From the NCBI RefSeq assembly GCF_009914755.1, contig NC_060925.1: a DNA stretch of 64,000 nucleotides. One strand, given 5' to 3'. A model generated the notes under the pieces. It saw only the letters and a program-made list of their open reading frames with translations, did not search any database and was not told the origin of the DNA. The DNA comes from the human T2T-CHM13v2.0 reference genome, Homo sapiens. Each line of letters opens with the position of its first letter. Positions within the stretch are counted from its first letter, which is position 1. Both the position numbers and the translations under genes were made by a program. This document shows, piece by piece, positions 42,413 to 55,679 of the stretch.

Positions 42413-43075
42413 ACATTTATTTAGTGCTTACGTAGGGCTGGGGAAATCGCAGCCATCAAGACAAAGTCTCTCATTGACATTCTAGTATGTGCTGGGAGGT
42501 GGGGGAGAGGGAAATAGATAATAGACGAGCAAATGAAAAAACACCAGACACTATAAAGCCTATTAAAAAGTAGATGATGGGTGGTGACTAGATGTATGAA
42601 GAGTGCCATTTATATTGAGGTTCAGGAAAGCCCTCTCAAAATCGAAATTAAATTAAAAATGCAGTCAGTGTCCACATGACAAGAAGGAGCTAGTCATGGA
42701 AGCATCTGGAGCAGGAGTGTCCTAGGAAAAGCCAACAGCCAGAGGCAGGACCGGCTTGGAATGCTGAGGAGCCAAAAGAAAGCCAGTGTGGCTGAAGTCT
42801 TTGAATGGCAAGGACAAGTTCAGGAAATGGGGTCACAGAGGTAAGCAGGAACCTGATCACAGGGAGCTCTGTGAGTTTTGAAATATGTTTGGATTCTTGA
42901 ATCGGTAACAGAGGCCATTAGATGTCTTAGGTAGGGAAGAGGCATCATCTGCTTTATGTTTTAGAGATCACTCCCCTAATGGCTACGCTGGGGATGGAAG
43001 GCAGGTGAGAGGAAGCACTGGGCGACCAGTTAGGAGGCTGCTGCGGAAGTCCCCTGGAGAGCCAGACTTGGCAGG
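42413..43075 (-). mobile_element. L2 fragment
   Basis: 'catttatttagtgctta...gacattctagt...gccagtgtggctgaag...gaggccattaga...agatcactcc...ccagttaggaggctgctg'. Confidence 0.75.
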
Positions 43076-43307
43076 GAGGACAGCTGAGCAGGAGTAATAA
43101 CTGCACTAACATCCCTCAAGAAATGCAGGAGAGGCTTTCTGCACAGAGGAATAGCATGAACAGGATGTCATGGAAGAGATCCTTTTCTCCAGGTATACCA
43201 AACTCTCAGTTCCAGGCTCACAGCACCAGTACCAGGCTCACACTTCATTATTTTCACATAGATATTCTCCCACATGAAGTTTATAAATGTTTTGCCAAGT
43301 TCCTCAC

Positions 43308-44078
43308 TTGAGGGGGACTAGAGTGAGGCTGAGGTGAGTGAGAAGAGGAAGAGGAGGGAGATGAAGAGTCTATGAGCTCTTCCCTTCCCTTTTAACTCAC
43401 ATCACGGCTCCTAATACATATAAGTGTGGGTGTGTGTGTCTTCATTATTTGCATGTAGATATTCTTCCACGTGAAGTTTAGAAATGTTTTGCCAGGTTCC
43501 TCATTCAAAATCATTGTTTGGAATTTGATTGGGATTGCATTATATTTATAAAAATAATTTGGGGAGAATTGACATCTTTACTGAGTTGAGAACTTGATAT
43601 ACCTGGAGAAAAAGGAGTCCAAACAGAAAAAAGAAAAGAAACAAGAGAATCAAAACATGCCAAACACACAGGAGTCATCTTAGCAAGAGAGTAAAAAATG
43701 GAAGGCTTTTATAAAAAATAGTATCAACAGAGTTAAGGGACACAGAACAAGACCAGAAGGCATGTAGGCCTATCTTACACAATTGGATGACCAGATTCAA
43801 CTCAGTAAAGATGTCAATTCTCCCCAAATTATTTTTATAAATATAATGCAACCCTAATCAAATTCCAAATGATGTTTTTGAATGAGGAACCTGGCAAAAC
43901 ATTTCTAAACTTCATGTGGAAGAATATCTATGTGAAAATGTTGAAGACATGCACAACCACACTTAAATGTGTTAGGAGCCATGATGTGTGTTAAAAGGGA
44001 AGGGAAGAGCTCATAGACTCTTCATCTCCTTCCTCTTCTTCTTCCCACTCTTCTCAGTCTCACTCTAGCCCCCCTCAA
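43308..44078. repeat. long inverted repeat: arms 43308-43589 and 43797-44078, 207-bp spacer
   Basis: 282-bp arms with no indels and 25 mismatches by manual alignment; innermost 55 bp perfect. Confidence 0.97.
43640..43930 (+). mobile_element. old L1M ORF2 fragment (spans the spacer and inner right arm of the inverted repeat)
   Basis: 'aagatgtcaattctccccaaatt...aatgcaaccctaatcaaattcca...ttctaaacttcatgtggaa' is the typical L1M ORF2 motif. Confidence 0.7.
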
Positions 44079-44153
44079 ATCCCCCTTCCCTTACATCACT
44101 TTCTAATTGATGTGAGTTAAAGAGTAAGTGTCCTCTCACACATGGTACTATAG

Positions 44154-44401
44154 CAGTGTTTTTTCAAACTTTTTTGATTGATAAATATATGATGTATATA
44201 GAAATATACATATATTATTGAAACAAATGTTTCTGAAATAATACCTACTATTGCCATATGTGACTCACGTTTTTATTTTTTACTCTTTTTTACTCTATTC
44301 TATCCAACTCTATTTGGCTAAGAAATTATATGTGCTCAGAACCCTCTTAATTGATTTTATAGCTCACTAACGTGTCAGGACCCATAGTTTCAAAAACACT
44401 G
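44154..44401 (-). mobile_element. hAT-Charlie element (Charlie4a-like)
   Basis: TIRs cagtgttttttcaaac / gtttcaaaaacactg. Confidence 0.7.
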
Positions 44402-45216
44402 CCCTCAGGGACTCTGGTGATTTCAGTCACCAACCCCAATCAGCAACCTCTTTGGCTGAATATTTTACCCCGTTTGCTTTAATATAAGTTCAGGAAGCAC
44501 TTCATTTAGATTTTCTGCTAGCCTGAGAATGGAGAGAACAATTAAATCTCAACTGGTCTGGAAACAAGAGAAGTGGAATTTATGGTTTGTTTGTTTTTTT
44601 GTAATGATGATTATGATTAAATAAAGCTCCCAGCAGTTCCTCAATGGGAGCCCCAGCTCCCATCTCTGCTGTGGTTAGCTTTTCCCTTCCATCTGGTAGG
44701 CCCATTCAGCTCCTCTGTTCCAACAGGCCAGTTTTTTAAAAATAGAAAGGGGACTAAAGAACATATTTCACCTCATTGCATGGAATACAGTAACCCTCTA
44801 AGGCAAGATATTTGTTTTTAACTGCATGGAACTGAAGCACCTTCTGAAAAAAAATCAAGCTACAACTCTGTTCTCTCTATAAAAATTTAAAATCACATAG
44901 ATTACCCATCTGGCATATCTCCTAATTATGCAGCTCTTAGTGGACTAATACTCTCTTCAGAAGCAAAACAGTAAATATACAAAGGGAAACATGATTAATA
45001 ATTTCTTTTTGTTCTGTCTTTCAGCAGAAGTCCCCACTCATTCATGCTCTCCACTGAAAATGTTTCATAACTGTACCCAAAGACAGGCATGAAGAACTGT
45101 CCCCTGACTATTTGCCCAAGAAAGAGGAGGGAGAGACACACAAGCAGAATTTACTTTTTAACAGAAAGGCATTAATAGAGCAGGCACCCTGCACTGGTTT
45201 TTATCTTTACAGCTGA

Positions 45217-45243
45217 GTGTGTGTGTGTGCGTGTGTGTGTGTG
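45217..45243 (+). repeat. (TG)n microsatellite
   Basis: Direct observation. Confidence 0.9.
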
Positions 45244-45739
45244 CATGCACATGTGCAAATGGGACACTTTTTACTATGTTAACTTTTACCTCTATTTTAT
45301 TATGTATCTGTTAAATTCAATTTTGCTTCAACAAATCAGTTTTCTGAATAATCAAGTGAATATATTTTGTTAAACAAGCTATGCCACTTACACTTGAGAC
45401 AAACCTTTTTTTTTAAACAAAGCTGCATATAGGCTCATTGTTCCAGAAAATATCATATCCTACTAGATGAATTTATGTGCACTCAGTCAAAATTGCATGG
45501 AAAACCCAATGAATTGTCAGTAATTTATCTTTCACGTTTTACTATCATTTTCTTTACACCTTTGTCTCTTCAGCACCATTTGTACAAATGACAGGAACCT
45601 CTACTCTCTCGCTCCCATTAAAAGAGAAGTCACTAGTTTCCTAGTATAAATGAATTTTGTGTGTAATTTTTATCATGAAAACTTTAAAGTGTGATGTGTT
45701 TCTTCATGAAAAAAAAATCAGGCTACAGCTTGCACAGTT

Positions 45740-46203
45740 AGTGACCTATTCAATAGTCACACCTATATTTTTCCTTGAGAATAGAACCTCAGTATTTTTT
45801 TGAAGTGAAAATATAGCTAAATATTTGTTTTCCCAGATTCCTTTGACCCTTGGGATGACCATGTGACATATTTCAAGCCAAGAAGACCTAAGCAGAAGCC
45901 AACTGGAAGTTTTCAGGAAGTCTTTATGTTCTTGATTTTGGGAGACAGATATGGCTGGCATGGCCCTTCCATCTTCTTTCCCTGAGCAAAGAAGTGATGG
46001 CTGGAGCTGAAGCAGCCTTCTTTAGATCATGAGGCAAAAAGTAAGAAAATTACAAAGACATTGGCTCTGAGATCTCTGAACCACTGAACCAACAGTAGCA
46101 GCCCACTACCTTCCGATTTGTATTTTTCTGAGAAAAAAAAAAATGAAACCTTATTTGTTTAAGCCATTGGTTAGTCAGGTATCCTGTTACTTGCAACCTA
46201 AAT
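45740..46203 (+). mobile_element. old MaLR LTR (MLT1J/K-like)
   Basis: 'ttcccagattcctttg...gaccatgtgac...gatggctggagctgaagcagcc...tgtttaagcca...ctgttacttgcaacctaaa'. Confidence 0.65.
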
Positions 46204-46820
46204 GAGAGGCATGCAAAATTTCACATGAAGTTCTACAGCCTCCAAATTCTGTGGAATGCCTCAGGAGCTGGTGCGCAGGACCAGGCAAAGGCTAAGCTGG
46301 CAGGAGGAACTCTCCCTCTACTGGCACCAGATTTCCTCAGACTTGCTCATTTTTTTATCTCATATATTGAGATTCCATGTAAGGATTCACTAGAGAGAAA
46401 TTAATTCTTCTGTCAAAATTCTATGTTTAAAACCACTGGATTAGATGCTTAAAGCAGAAGATTTATTGGCTTTCTTATAGGAAGAAATCCACAGAAATGA
46501 ATCACTAATGATGAGATTTTAGCAATATGGTGTCTGTAAGATGAAAGCATTTTAATAAGGAAAGTCTAGCCTGAATGCTCTCCTGATGCCATTACTTTCT
46601 CTTCTTTCCACGTGGCCTGAGTAACAACCTGATATCATGTAACTTTTACAGTTAGGTTGGTTCATTGTTCTACTGAGAGGTGCAAAGAGGACCAACATAA
46701 TCCTATGTTGTAACTGAATACCAGGGATCAAATCCTGTGGAGAAGGTAAAACCAGAGAACCAAGGAATATTTTAAAATTAATAACAGGTACTTCAGAGGA
46801 GAAGGAGATGCACAGAGGTG

Positions 46821-46858
46821 TCAGTTTCCCTGTCAAAACTTTAAGTTTCATAAGTGCA
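46821..46858 (+). repeat. exact 38-bp duplicate of 47833-47870
   Basis: tcagtttccctgtcaaaactttaagtttcataagtgca occurs at both sites. Confidence 0.97.
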
Positions 46859-47224
46859 TCTCTCTGCTTTTGTATCTCTCTTCTCCAGCCATCCTGGCCC
46901 TGGGGCAAGGCTAGGATTGTTGAATGTCTTGAGACCAAACACTCCGATGAGTTTCCTTCCTTTCTGAAGGAGTTTGAGGCATACTTTATGTCATAGTGAT
47001 GTCTTGAAATGGTTCATGTACCCTGAATTTTGGTATTCAAACTCGCATTTTAAGTTCATTATGGGTTCTCACAAGTTAAAACAAAAAGTTGAGAATGAGA
47101 AGAATGCCTGTCTACCTCTCCTCGCCTCTCATGTGCACGCCCCCTCCCACCTCGGAACCTCATTCCTCCTGCAGGGTCAGTGTCATTTTGCTCACTACAC
47201 TACCTTTCTCCTCAGGTGTTCATT

Positions 47225-47480
47225 ACCATACAGTATGGGCTTTGGAACTAGAGAGGCCTGGGTTTCATCCAGGCTGTCCACTTACTGCCTGTGTGACGTT
47301 GGGCTAGTTGCTAAGTTTTTCCTCCATGCTTCAGTTTCTTCATGCCTAAATAAGATATAAGAATAATACCGATCTAGTAGGGTTATTGTGGGGCTTAAAT
47401 AACTTAAAATAGTTAAAAAGCCTAGAACAGTTCCTGGACCATCGTCAGTGCTGAATGAATGTTAGCCATTACTGTTGTTG
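47225..47480 (+). mobile_element. MIR
   Basis: 'ggctttggaactagagaggcctgggtttcatcc...cacttactgcctgtgtgacgttgggc...cttcagtttcttcat'. Confidence 0.85.
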
Positions 47481-47599
47481 TTGCCATTGTAAATTACCTA
47501 CTACCAAGCTTCATCTGCCTATTTGTAAATGGGGATAAGAATGCCCCCATACAATGAACTCTCAGCAAGTGGACAATACATCGACTAAGCAACTCCTGT

Positions 47600-47940
47600 T
47601 GCCAGCTCGTGCACTTTCCCCCACTAGAAATGCCTCTTGCCTAGGTTCTGCCTGCTTGGAGCTTCTCAGCACCTTACAGCCTGCATTAATTCAAACTTCC
47701 TTTTCAAAGTCTTCTCTAATGTCAGTAGTCCATCCTGTCCTCTCCTGTCACAAATAATGATAACTATTAATATAAGTACCTCCCAATTTAATACAAGGTC
47801 ATAAGTTATCTTTTATTGTTCTTTACCACTTATCAGTTTCCCTGTCAAAACTTTAAGTTTCATAAGTGCAAAGATTCATTCTTCTACACTCAGTATGTGC
47901 TGGGCACATAATGAGTGCTCATTCAACACGTATTGATTGC
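47600..47940 (+). mobile_element. L2 3' fragment
   Basis: 'taagtttcataagtgcaaaga...tgctgggcacataatgagtgctcattcaacacgtattgattg' L2-like tail. Confidence 0.5.
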
Positions 47941-48369
47941 CCTACTCATCTTTACTCTGAGTTTATATTTTTATATGCATATATGAAGTTTCTTTCAAAA
48001 CAGGTTATATTTATAGTGCAGCAAAGTACCAGAAAAGGCATCCACATGATCTCACCTAAACTATAATTGGGCATAAACCCAGTATCAGAGGAAACTTGGA
48101 AAGGGTTTTCTTCCTCTGTAAGGCTGAGAGAAGGCAGGATTTATACCCCTGAAACAGAAGAAAAAATGAGGCAGTATCTTCTTGATCTTATTTCGTCAAC
48201 TGGTATTCCCCCTTCCCTTAGGTCTTACCATGGCCAAATTCAAGAAACAGATGTTTGCATTAAAAAAAAATCTCCCCTGAGTCAGTGTGGCTGTTTATCC
48301 AATTTTCACCCTGCCATCCAGACTTCAGTTATGTCCAACAAGGCCCAAACAACAAGTTGGAATGTACAA

Positions 48370-48480
48370 ACTTGAGCCTGTGGAAGAGTTCAGGGAGAGG
48401 TGAGATGGCCCCACGTTAGGGATGCTAGAGAGGAGATCTCACTGTGATGAGAAGTGGGACAAGAAAACTTCTTTTCCCAT
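48370..48480 (+). mobile_element. L3/CR1 3' fragment
   Basis: 'gagttcagggagaggtgagatggccccacgttagggatgctagagagg' resembles the L3 3' end. Confidence 0.45.
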
Positions 48481-50444
48481 TGAGAGAAAACTTTTTTCCC
48501 AGCTCAGGATCCACAAGCCGATGAGCTCTACTGTTTTCTAAGTAAAGACACAGTCTTTTAGGCTGCCCCTCTCTGCTTTTATCACTTCTCTATGGTCTCC
48601 CAAAAGTAAAATAAATGTTTAAATTTTTTTGAACCTGATTGCTCCACAGAGCCATTCCATATTAATGATCTGAGTATGTACATCTTTCTTTTTTTGACTC
48701 CCCTGTTGAATTGGTCTACTGTGATGGTCACATGAACTACGGATGATTGCATCAACAATAAGATGGTTCTGCCTTGATGATCTGTAAATCTGTTAAGTTT
48801 GCCTATTGCAACTTCTTTCCTCCAACATGCCCCTAGCAAGTTGTTTTTAAAACATGAAGATTGGAGGAGATGCTTCTTAATGCAATTTATAACATCTCAG
48901 AGGTGAGAATTGAAAGCCCAGCTCTGATTGCAACATCTGCTCTGAACAAGAGCATCTAGGGACCTGCTATGAGATTTTTTGTCTTAAGGATGATCACCAT
49001 GTATGTTCACAAATAAAAACGTGAAGCGTTCTGACAGCCAAGCAAACCATGAAGAATTAAACCTCCCAAACAGGAAAACACACTCCAACATTCTTGCTAC
49101 TATTCATTTGAGGAAACTCCTTCATTCTGAGTCTCCTCACTTCCTCCCCCAATCCCCACCATTGCCTTCCCAACCCTGCTCAGTTTTATCCCTCATAGAC
49201 ATGTTTCTGCACAAGGGCAAGATTCCATTTGGAGGGGGAATTGTCCAATTTTTAAGGAAACAGTTTCTTAATGATAAAATCAGACTTTTCCAGCAAAGAT
49301 GTTTGAGACAGTGTGTTCAGTAGAAGTGAAGGAGGGCTTATGAAGTAACCTGCATCTCCCTAGGCAAAAGTTTTCAATGACTCATCAGTGCCGTCCAAAT
49401 CACTTCCCTTGGAATTTCAGTCCCTCTGATCCCTGGCCTCAGTCTGTCCTTCTGATCACAATCCCAATTGCACTTCAGGTTAGCTCAAGACAACCTGGAC
49501 CAGCCTGTGTTTCCACTTCCATCTTCATGTTCTTCCCCCCACTCTTTTATTTACACCAGCTTTTACACTGGAAATCCTCTTTACCCATTCACTGACCAAA
49601 ATCCTACCTCCTTTCTGTATCTAATTCAAGGGCTCTGTCCTCAGGAGGGCTCCAGTTTCTCCTGATCTTCAGGTTGGATGTGATCGCTCCATTTCATACA
49701 GTCACATAGTCCTTGTCTTTAGCGTGTATCACACTCTGCCTTGTATTATGGACACTGCCTCCTGCAACACTGTGGTCTCAAGAGGAACCTCCCATAACAA
49801 ATTAGTGCACAATACAGTGCCTCGTATATGACAAACCATCAATAAATACATGATTTTGTAGGTTGAGTCCATTCATGGGGTGATCAGGAAGACAGGAGAG
49901 GCAGTACCTAAGGGCCTGTCTCCCCTCCACCACCATATTTGTGCCCCTTTCACTGGCTAACTGGCAGTGAGAGATATTTTGGGGGAGTCAAGATGCAGGG
50001 ACTGTTAGCTTTTATTTTATTTTGACTTGTCAAATACTTACCTGGTTGAAAGCTTAAAATAATATAAAAAGGTATACATTACAAATTCAGCATGAGAACT
50101 TTTGCCTGACATCCCCCAAGGCCAATCCTCACCAGCGTGATTCAGTTGACTCTACTAATAGCCCCACAACACTTCCATGGTCTTCAGACATTGAAAAATG
50201 CATGCAGTTGACAAATTATCTTGGATTTTTTTCTAGCCAGATTGAGCAATAAAAATAATGTATGTGTTTATCAAATAGGTTATCTGCTATCAAGTAGACA
50301 AAATAACAAAGTGATAAACTCTTTAATCAATTTGTTGCATCATGCAAACTTGGCCCCCAGTCCAGTTCTGTTTTAGGGGCCAAGTGGTTAAAAGAACATC
50401 TTTCATACCATATGCTTACTACCAATTTTACTTAAATAGTGTAC

Positions 50445-50894
50445 TGTATTAGATTAGTCAGGGTTCTCCAGATAAACAGCTCCAATAGGCTAGAGATATA
50501 TAATCTATGTATTTATTTTAAGGAATGGGTTTACATGATTGTGGGGCTGGCAAATCAGTAGAGGACAAGAGGCTGGAAATTCAGGGAAAAGTTGTTATTG
50601 CAGTCTTGAGTCTGAAATCTACAGGCTGAAAACTTAGGCAGGGTTTCCATGTTGCAGTCTCTAGACAGAATTGCATTTTCTTCTGGAAACCTCAGTCTTT
50701 GCTCTTAAGACCTTCTGCTGATTGGATGAGATCCGCCCACATTTTTAAATGTAATCTGCTTTACTCAAAGTCTACTGATTTAAATGTTAATCACATCCAA
50801 AATACACCTTCACAGCAACATCCAGACTGGTGTCTGAAGAAACTACTGGGCACCACAGCCTAGCCAAAGGTGACACATAAGATCAACCATTACA
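50445..50894 (-). mobile_element. ERVL solo LTR, MLT2 family
   Basis: 'ttagtcagggttctccagataaacag...cctagccaaaggtgacacataagatcaaccattaca'. Confidence 0.88.
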
Positions 50895-53229
50895 AATGGA
50901 AACAAAACTCCAACTGAAGGTGGTTGGCTAAGAGACATTTTTGGCATAGGGTAATACTGTTTCCCCACAAGCCTTGGGAAGCTCTTCATCCTGGCTAAGT
51001 TTCCTGAAACAACTAAGCCAAAAAGCTTACCGGACCCCAACCTGAAGCACTGGAAAGTTCTGAAAGTTCCTTCAGTGCAGAATAGTAGAACAAAGTTCCT
51101 AAGTGCTTCTATATATCTGGAAAACATTTCAGAGACCATTCCAGTGAATTTTAGAAAAGCATGGGCCAACACAGTTTTCAAAGAAAAAAATCTCCTGACC
51201 AACCCCATTGGAAATAAAGTGTAATCATGTCACCAAAATAATTCTTAAATACTATAACAAGAAGTTGATAATAGAATAAAACTTAATGAATAGATTAGGG
51301 GGTGAGATGTACTGTTCAATAAGAGAAAGATGATTTTCTTTCCCATCTTCCTTTTTCCTTTCTTTTCTAACCCCTTCTGTTCTTTTCACTTCTTTCTCTC
51401 TCTGGCCTTTAAATATTATTTTTTTATGGCTTCTTGGTGTAAGAAAAAGACTCTTTAAAACTATGACCCAATGTCAGAAAGAGAGCAGAGTAGTCTCTCA
51501 AACTAATGGCTGTTGTTGAGGACTCCTTTAGTGATATTCAGCTAGGGGGAAAAAAAAAAAGAAGAAGAGAAAAAGAACTTTGCAATAAATGGCCTTCATG
51601 GAAGAAGAGTATTCATGTTAATTAGTAGCTCTTTTCAAATATGATTCATATATGCATTAGGCTATGCCATGCTGAACAATGCACACATTGTAATAAACAT
51701 CAAGACAAGTCTCAAGTATGGTTATCAAAATTTTAGAAAACTCTAGCTAGGGTTTTTTTCATAAGATTGTGACTTGCTGTTCCTGGTGCATTGCACAATA
51801 GTAACTCTCCTAATGGCTTTTAGCTTTTGCCACTGCCAACTTTTATATTTAAAATTCATACAATTATGGACAATTTGTGAACATTATGAGGCTTTTCTTT
51901 TTTGCACTGATTCTTACTGATTCAAGCCAGCTTTTATCCTTAGCAAATCAAATGCATTTTGCTTACAACACTAGATTCATTCTCACATATTCCACTTTAT
52001 TCTTATTATTAGTATTCCTTATTATGCATATTTAATTTAAGAATGCATTTTCTCCATTAAAAAATTAGAATATGCTGAAAGAAGTACTAGAAGGTGATTA
52101 TTTGCTTTAGTTTGCTTTTATTAACTATGTAAGCCCTGATATGGTCTTCCCAAAGTTACAAGCAAGAGATAAAAATGTTAAAAAGCAAGAAATAAGATAA
52201 AATAAAAATCTGCTTGAAAATCACAGGCATTTTTTATGTGATGATGCATTTATAAGGTATCAAATTTGATAAGAGAATGGATTTTTAAAAGCTCAGTTTT
52301 ATATGAATGGAGAAAGGCTATAAATACGCTGGAGTTTCTTAAGCAAATACACCACTAAGTATGGTTCTTCAGAAACTAGTCCAGCAAGATGCATCTTGCA
52401 AAAGTAAAAAGTATGAAGTCAGATGCACACCTTCCCTACCTCCACCCCAGCTGCACAAAACACCTCAGCATGTTAAAGCCTTTGAGAACCCCCCAGCACC
52501 CCCACATTACGGGAAATACAGCCATAGTGCATTCAGCCTGAAGAAACTTGTCAATCCTCCAGACAGAGGGCTTCTGCCCCCGCACTTCAACCCCCACCCC
52601 ACTCTCTCCGACAAAACAAGGAAAATTACATGGGTGAAGGCTTAGCCTTCATTCTTACAGTAAACCTCTTTAACAAAATAGCTAGGAATTTAGAGTCTGT
52701 GAGAAAATAAATAATCAGTTAAAATTCCTTTCTTAATTTTGCAATTATTGACTGTAGGCTGTCACCCAAGTGATTGGTTTTTTCAGGTGTTTAACAAGTT
52801 TGAATCTTCCCCCTTCTACCCCAAAGTTATTGATTTAACTGGTTGTCTTAAAATTGTGAGGGCAAACCAAAGAACTGGGATCTCATCCCTTTGTTATTTT
52901 GGGGAATGCTTTCCTCCCTGGCCACCTCACCCCCATGCTTTTCAACACTACACACACCTGTTAACTTTGATTTGGGTCCTGTATCAACCACACTGACTAC
53001 AGTAGAGAAGAACAAAGAGCACATTTATTAATTTCTTGCCTATGCTGCTATCATTTGTCATTGGTTTAAGACCTTAAAATCTATAGATACCAATGGACTT
53101 TGTCTCTACTATGAAATCCAAATAAGTTAATACTATGTAACATTTTGGGGGCACCTATTAAGAATCTTGTTATGTGAAGGACATTATATTAGCAACTTTT
53201 GATAGGTACTAGATATTACCTAATCGTAA

Positions 53230-53410
53230 TACACCTACAAGAGTTTTGGCCCACATTGCCTGGACAAAAATCCTGGTTCCTCCACTTTCTAGCTCTGTGA
53301 ATACATATTACATAATCCTTCTGTGCCTCAATTTTCACATGTGAAAAATAGGGACAATAATAATACCTGCCTCATAGAGTTATTGTGAGGATTAAACATA
53401 AAACCCTTAA
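53230..53410 (+). mobile_element. MIR
   Basis: 'tctgtgcctcaattttcacatgtgaaaaatagggacaataataatacctgcctcatagagttattgtgaggattaaa'. Confidence 0.8.
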
Positions 53411-53558
53411 AACAGTATTCTCCAAAGCTAATTCCTCCCTGTAGATCCTGGATCCTATGCCTTTAGGGACCCCTAGGGTATTTCTCTTCCACCTGATAAC
53501 CCCTGTCATTTTGGACTCTTTGGCTTCCTTCTTATAAGGCTTAAAAGAAAAAAGGGCA

Positions 53559-53882
<324 letters not shown>

Positions 53883-55679
53883 TCAACCAGTGTTAAAGTT
53901 AGTTCTGCTGAACTCCATACCCAATGCGCTCCCCACTAACAGCGCCTCCACTTCATTGCCTCACCACTCCTGTGTGGGTCCTAATATCTCAAAAGAAAAT
54001 AGAACGTTTTAGTTAAGACCAATAAATGCCTTGACGATAAAAATATAAACAGACCTTAACTAATTAGCTTGCTAATTACTCTCTCCTGAAGCCAATTTCT
54101 TTTAGTTCTACTAAGCCATGATCAAAAACAAAACATCAAGATATAGTAAAGGTGCTCTTTTTTGCTGTCCTGGCAATTAAAGCTAATCAAGTGCACAATT
54201 GATTGCACAGAGATCAGAGACTAATATTTGGAACATATCACTCATCTATATCATATATAAATTTTCTATCTAGTTTTTTAAAATAAGAGTAAGGGTAGGG
54301 TGTGAAGGGAATCTTTCAATCGTCTCAATAATGATGCCATGATGAGCATCTGCAACCTAAGCTTAAATTATGAAATCCCCAATTAAAATATCAGAAATTT
54401 ATCCAATTTATAAGCTCTTAATTTCCCTCTTCATAGGAGTCCAGGGATCTAAGCACTTATTTTCTTTGGGTGTTATTTCAAACAACATATTTTTGGGTTG
54501 ATACTTCACCCCCAAATGCTGTGTCCATGTATAATTTTAAAGTAGTTGTAGGAGCCTATGAATTTGTACCTCTTGACCCTCCAGTGAGAGCTAAGTCAGA
54601 TTAATCATGGCATTATTATTATGTCATGCATTCTAACAGTTGGCCTCTGGAAGAAAGTCATGTCTGCTGCAGTACAATTATTGAAGACTGATGATACAGA
54701 CCAAAGTCATTATAATAAAATTTATTTGGCATAGATCTTCACAGCCACAGTTCCAACCTCACATCCCACTTAGTAGGCACATGGGATTCTACTTAGCAGG
54801 ACTACATTTTCTACCAATATAAAGGAAAGGGTCCTTAATGGACACATTATATTCAACATAATATAATCCTTTTAGCAAGGAAAGACCCAGGAGGTTGCTT
54901 GTTGGAGATAGATCTGTACCATGAATACCACGCCTCCATCTGTTGGAGAGGGACCAGATTTAGTGGTGGTACTTAGCAAAACCAGACAAAGACCTATCCA
55001 TGATCAGGGCATAAGTAACTCCATTTTCTAATTTCTCCACATTGAAAGTCCTTGTCAAATATCTGTGAGGTCTGGATGAGAAACTGAAATGGAGATGATA
55101 ATCAGTAGTCAGTAGCAGCACCATCCTTCATGCACATCATAGGACAGGTGAGGCTGAAACCCACTGAAAGTGTGCAGAGGGTTCCTTTGGTCTGAAATGT
55201 TCTGCCCATCCCTTGACCCTCTCCTGTTTCTCTTGAATCCTTTATGCATCCCTTGTTGATGTCTATGGTACCCCCTACTTTCCTCAACTACCAGCCCCAT
55301 CCAGGATCCTCTCTCAGAAGACGCCATTGTATATTTGAGAAAAATTTGAGGTCATCAAACACGGCTACCTCAGCCTCTTATGGACCCACCTCAAATTTCC
55401 CAGTGTCCTATTTTTACTCCTTTTGAAGCCCATCTGTATTCTGGATCCCAAAAATTCCTTAGCATTTTGAAATCTTTAATCTCTTCTCCTTGATTCTCTC
55501 TGTTTCTCTCATACACACACACATACACACACACAGAGAGAAAGAGAGAGAAGCAATTGCAGTTCTGTCTCTAAGTCTTCTATAACGACACAATATTGAG
55601 TAGAAGAAGATACAAAAGTAAAGCAGTAATCCAGATTGGGTAGACCTCATTAAGGAGGGAATACAGAAAATAATAATTT

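Noticed and set aside
45569-45590. REST/NRSE-like ttcagcacca
   Set aside because: Left half-site only; the ggacag half is absent.
54930-54950. CTCF-like motif (reverse strand ccaacagatggaggc)
   Set aside because: Mismatches at core positions; cannot be supported without ChIP data.
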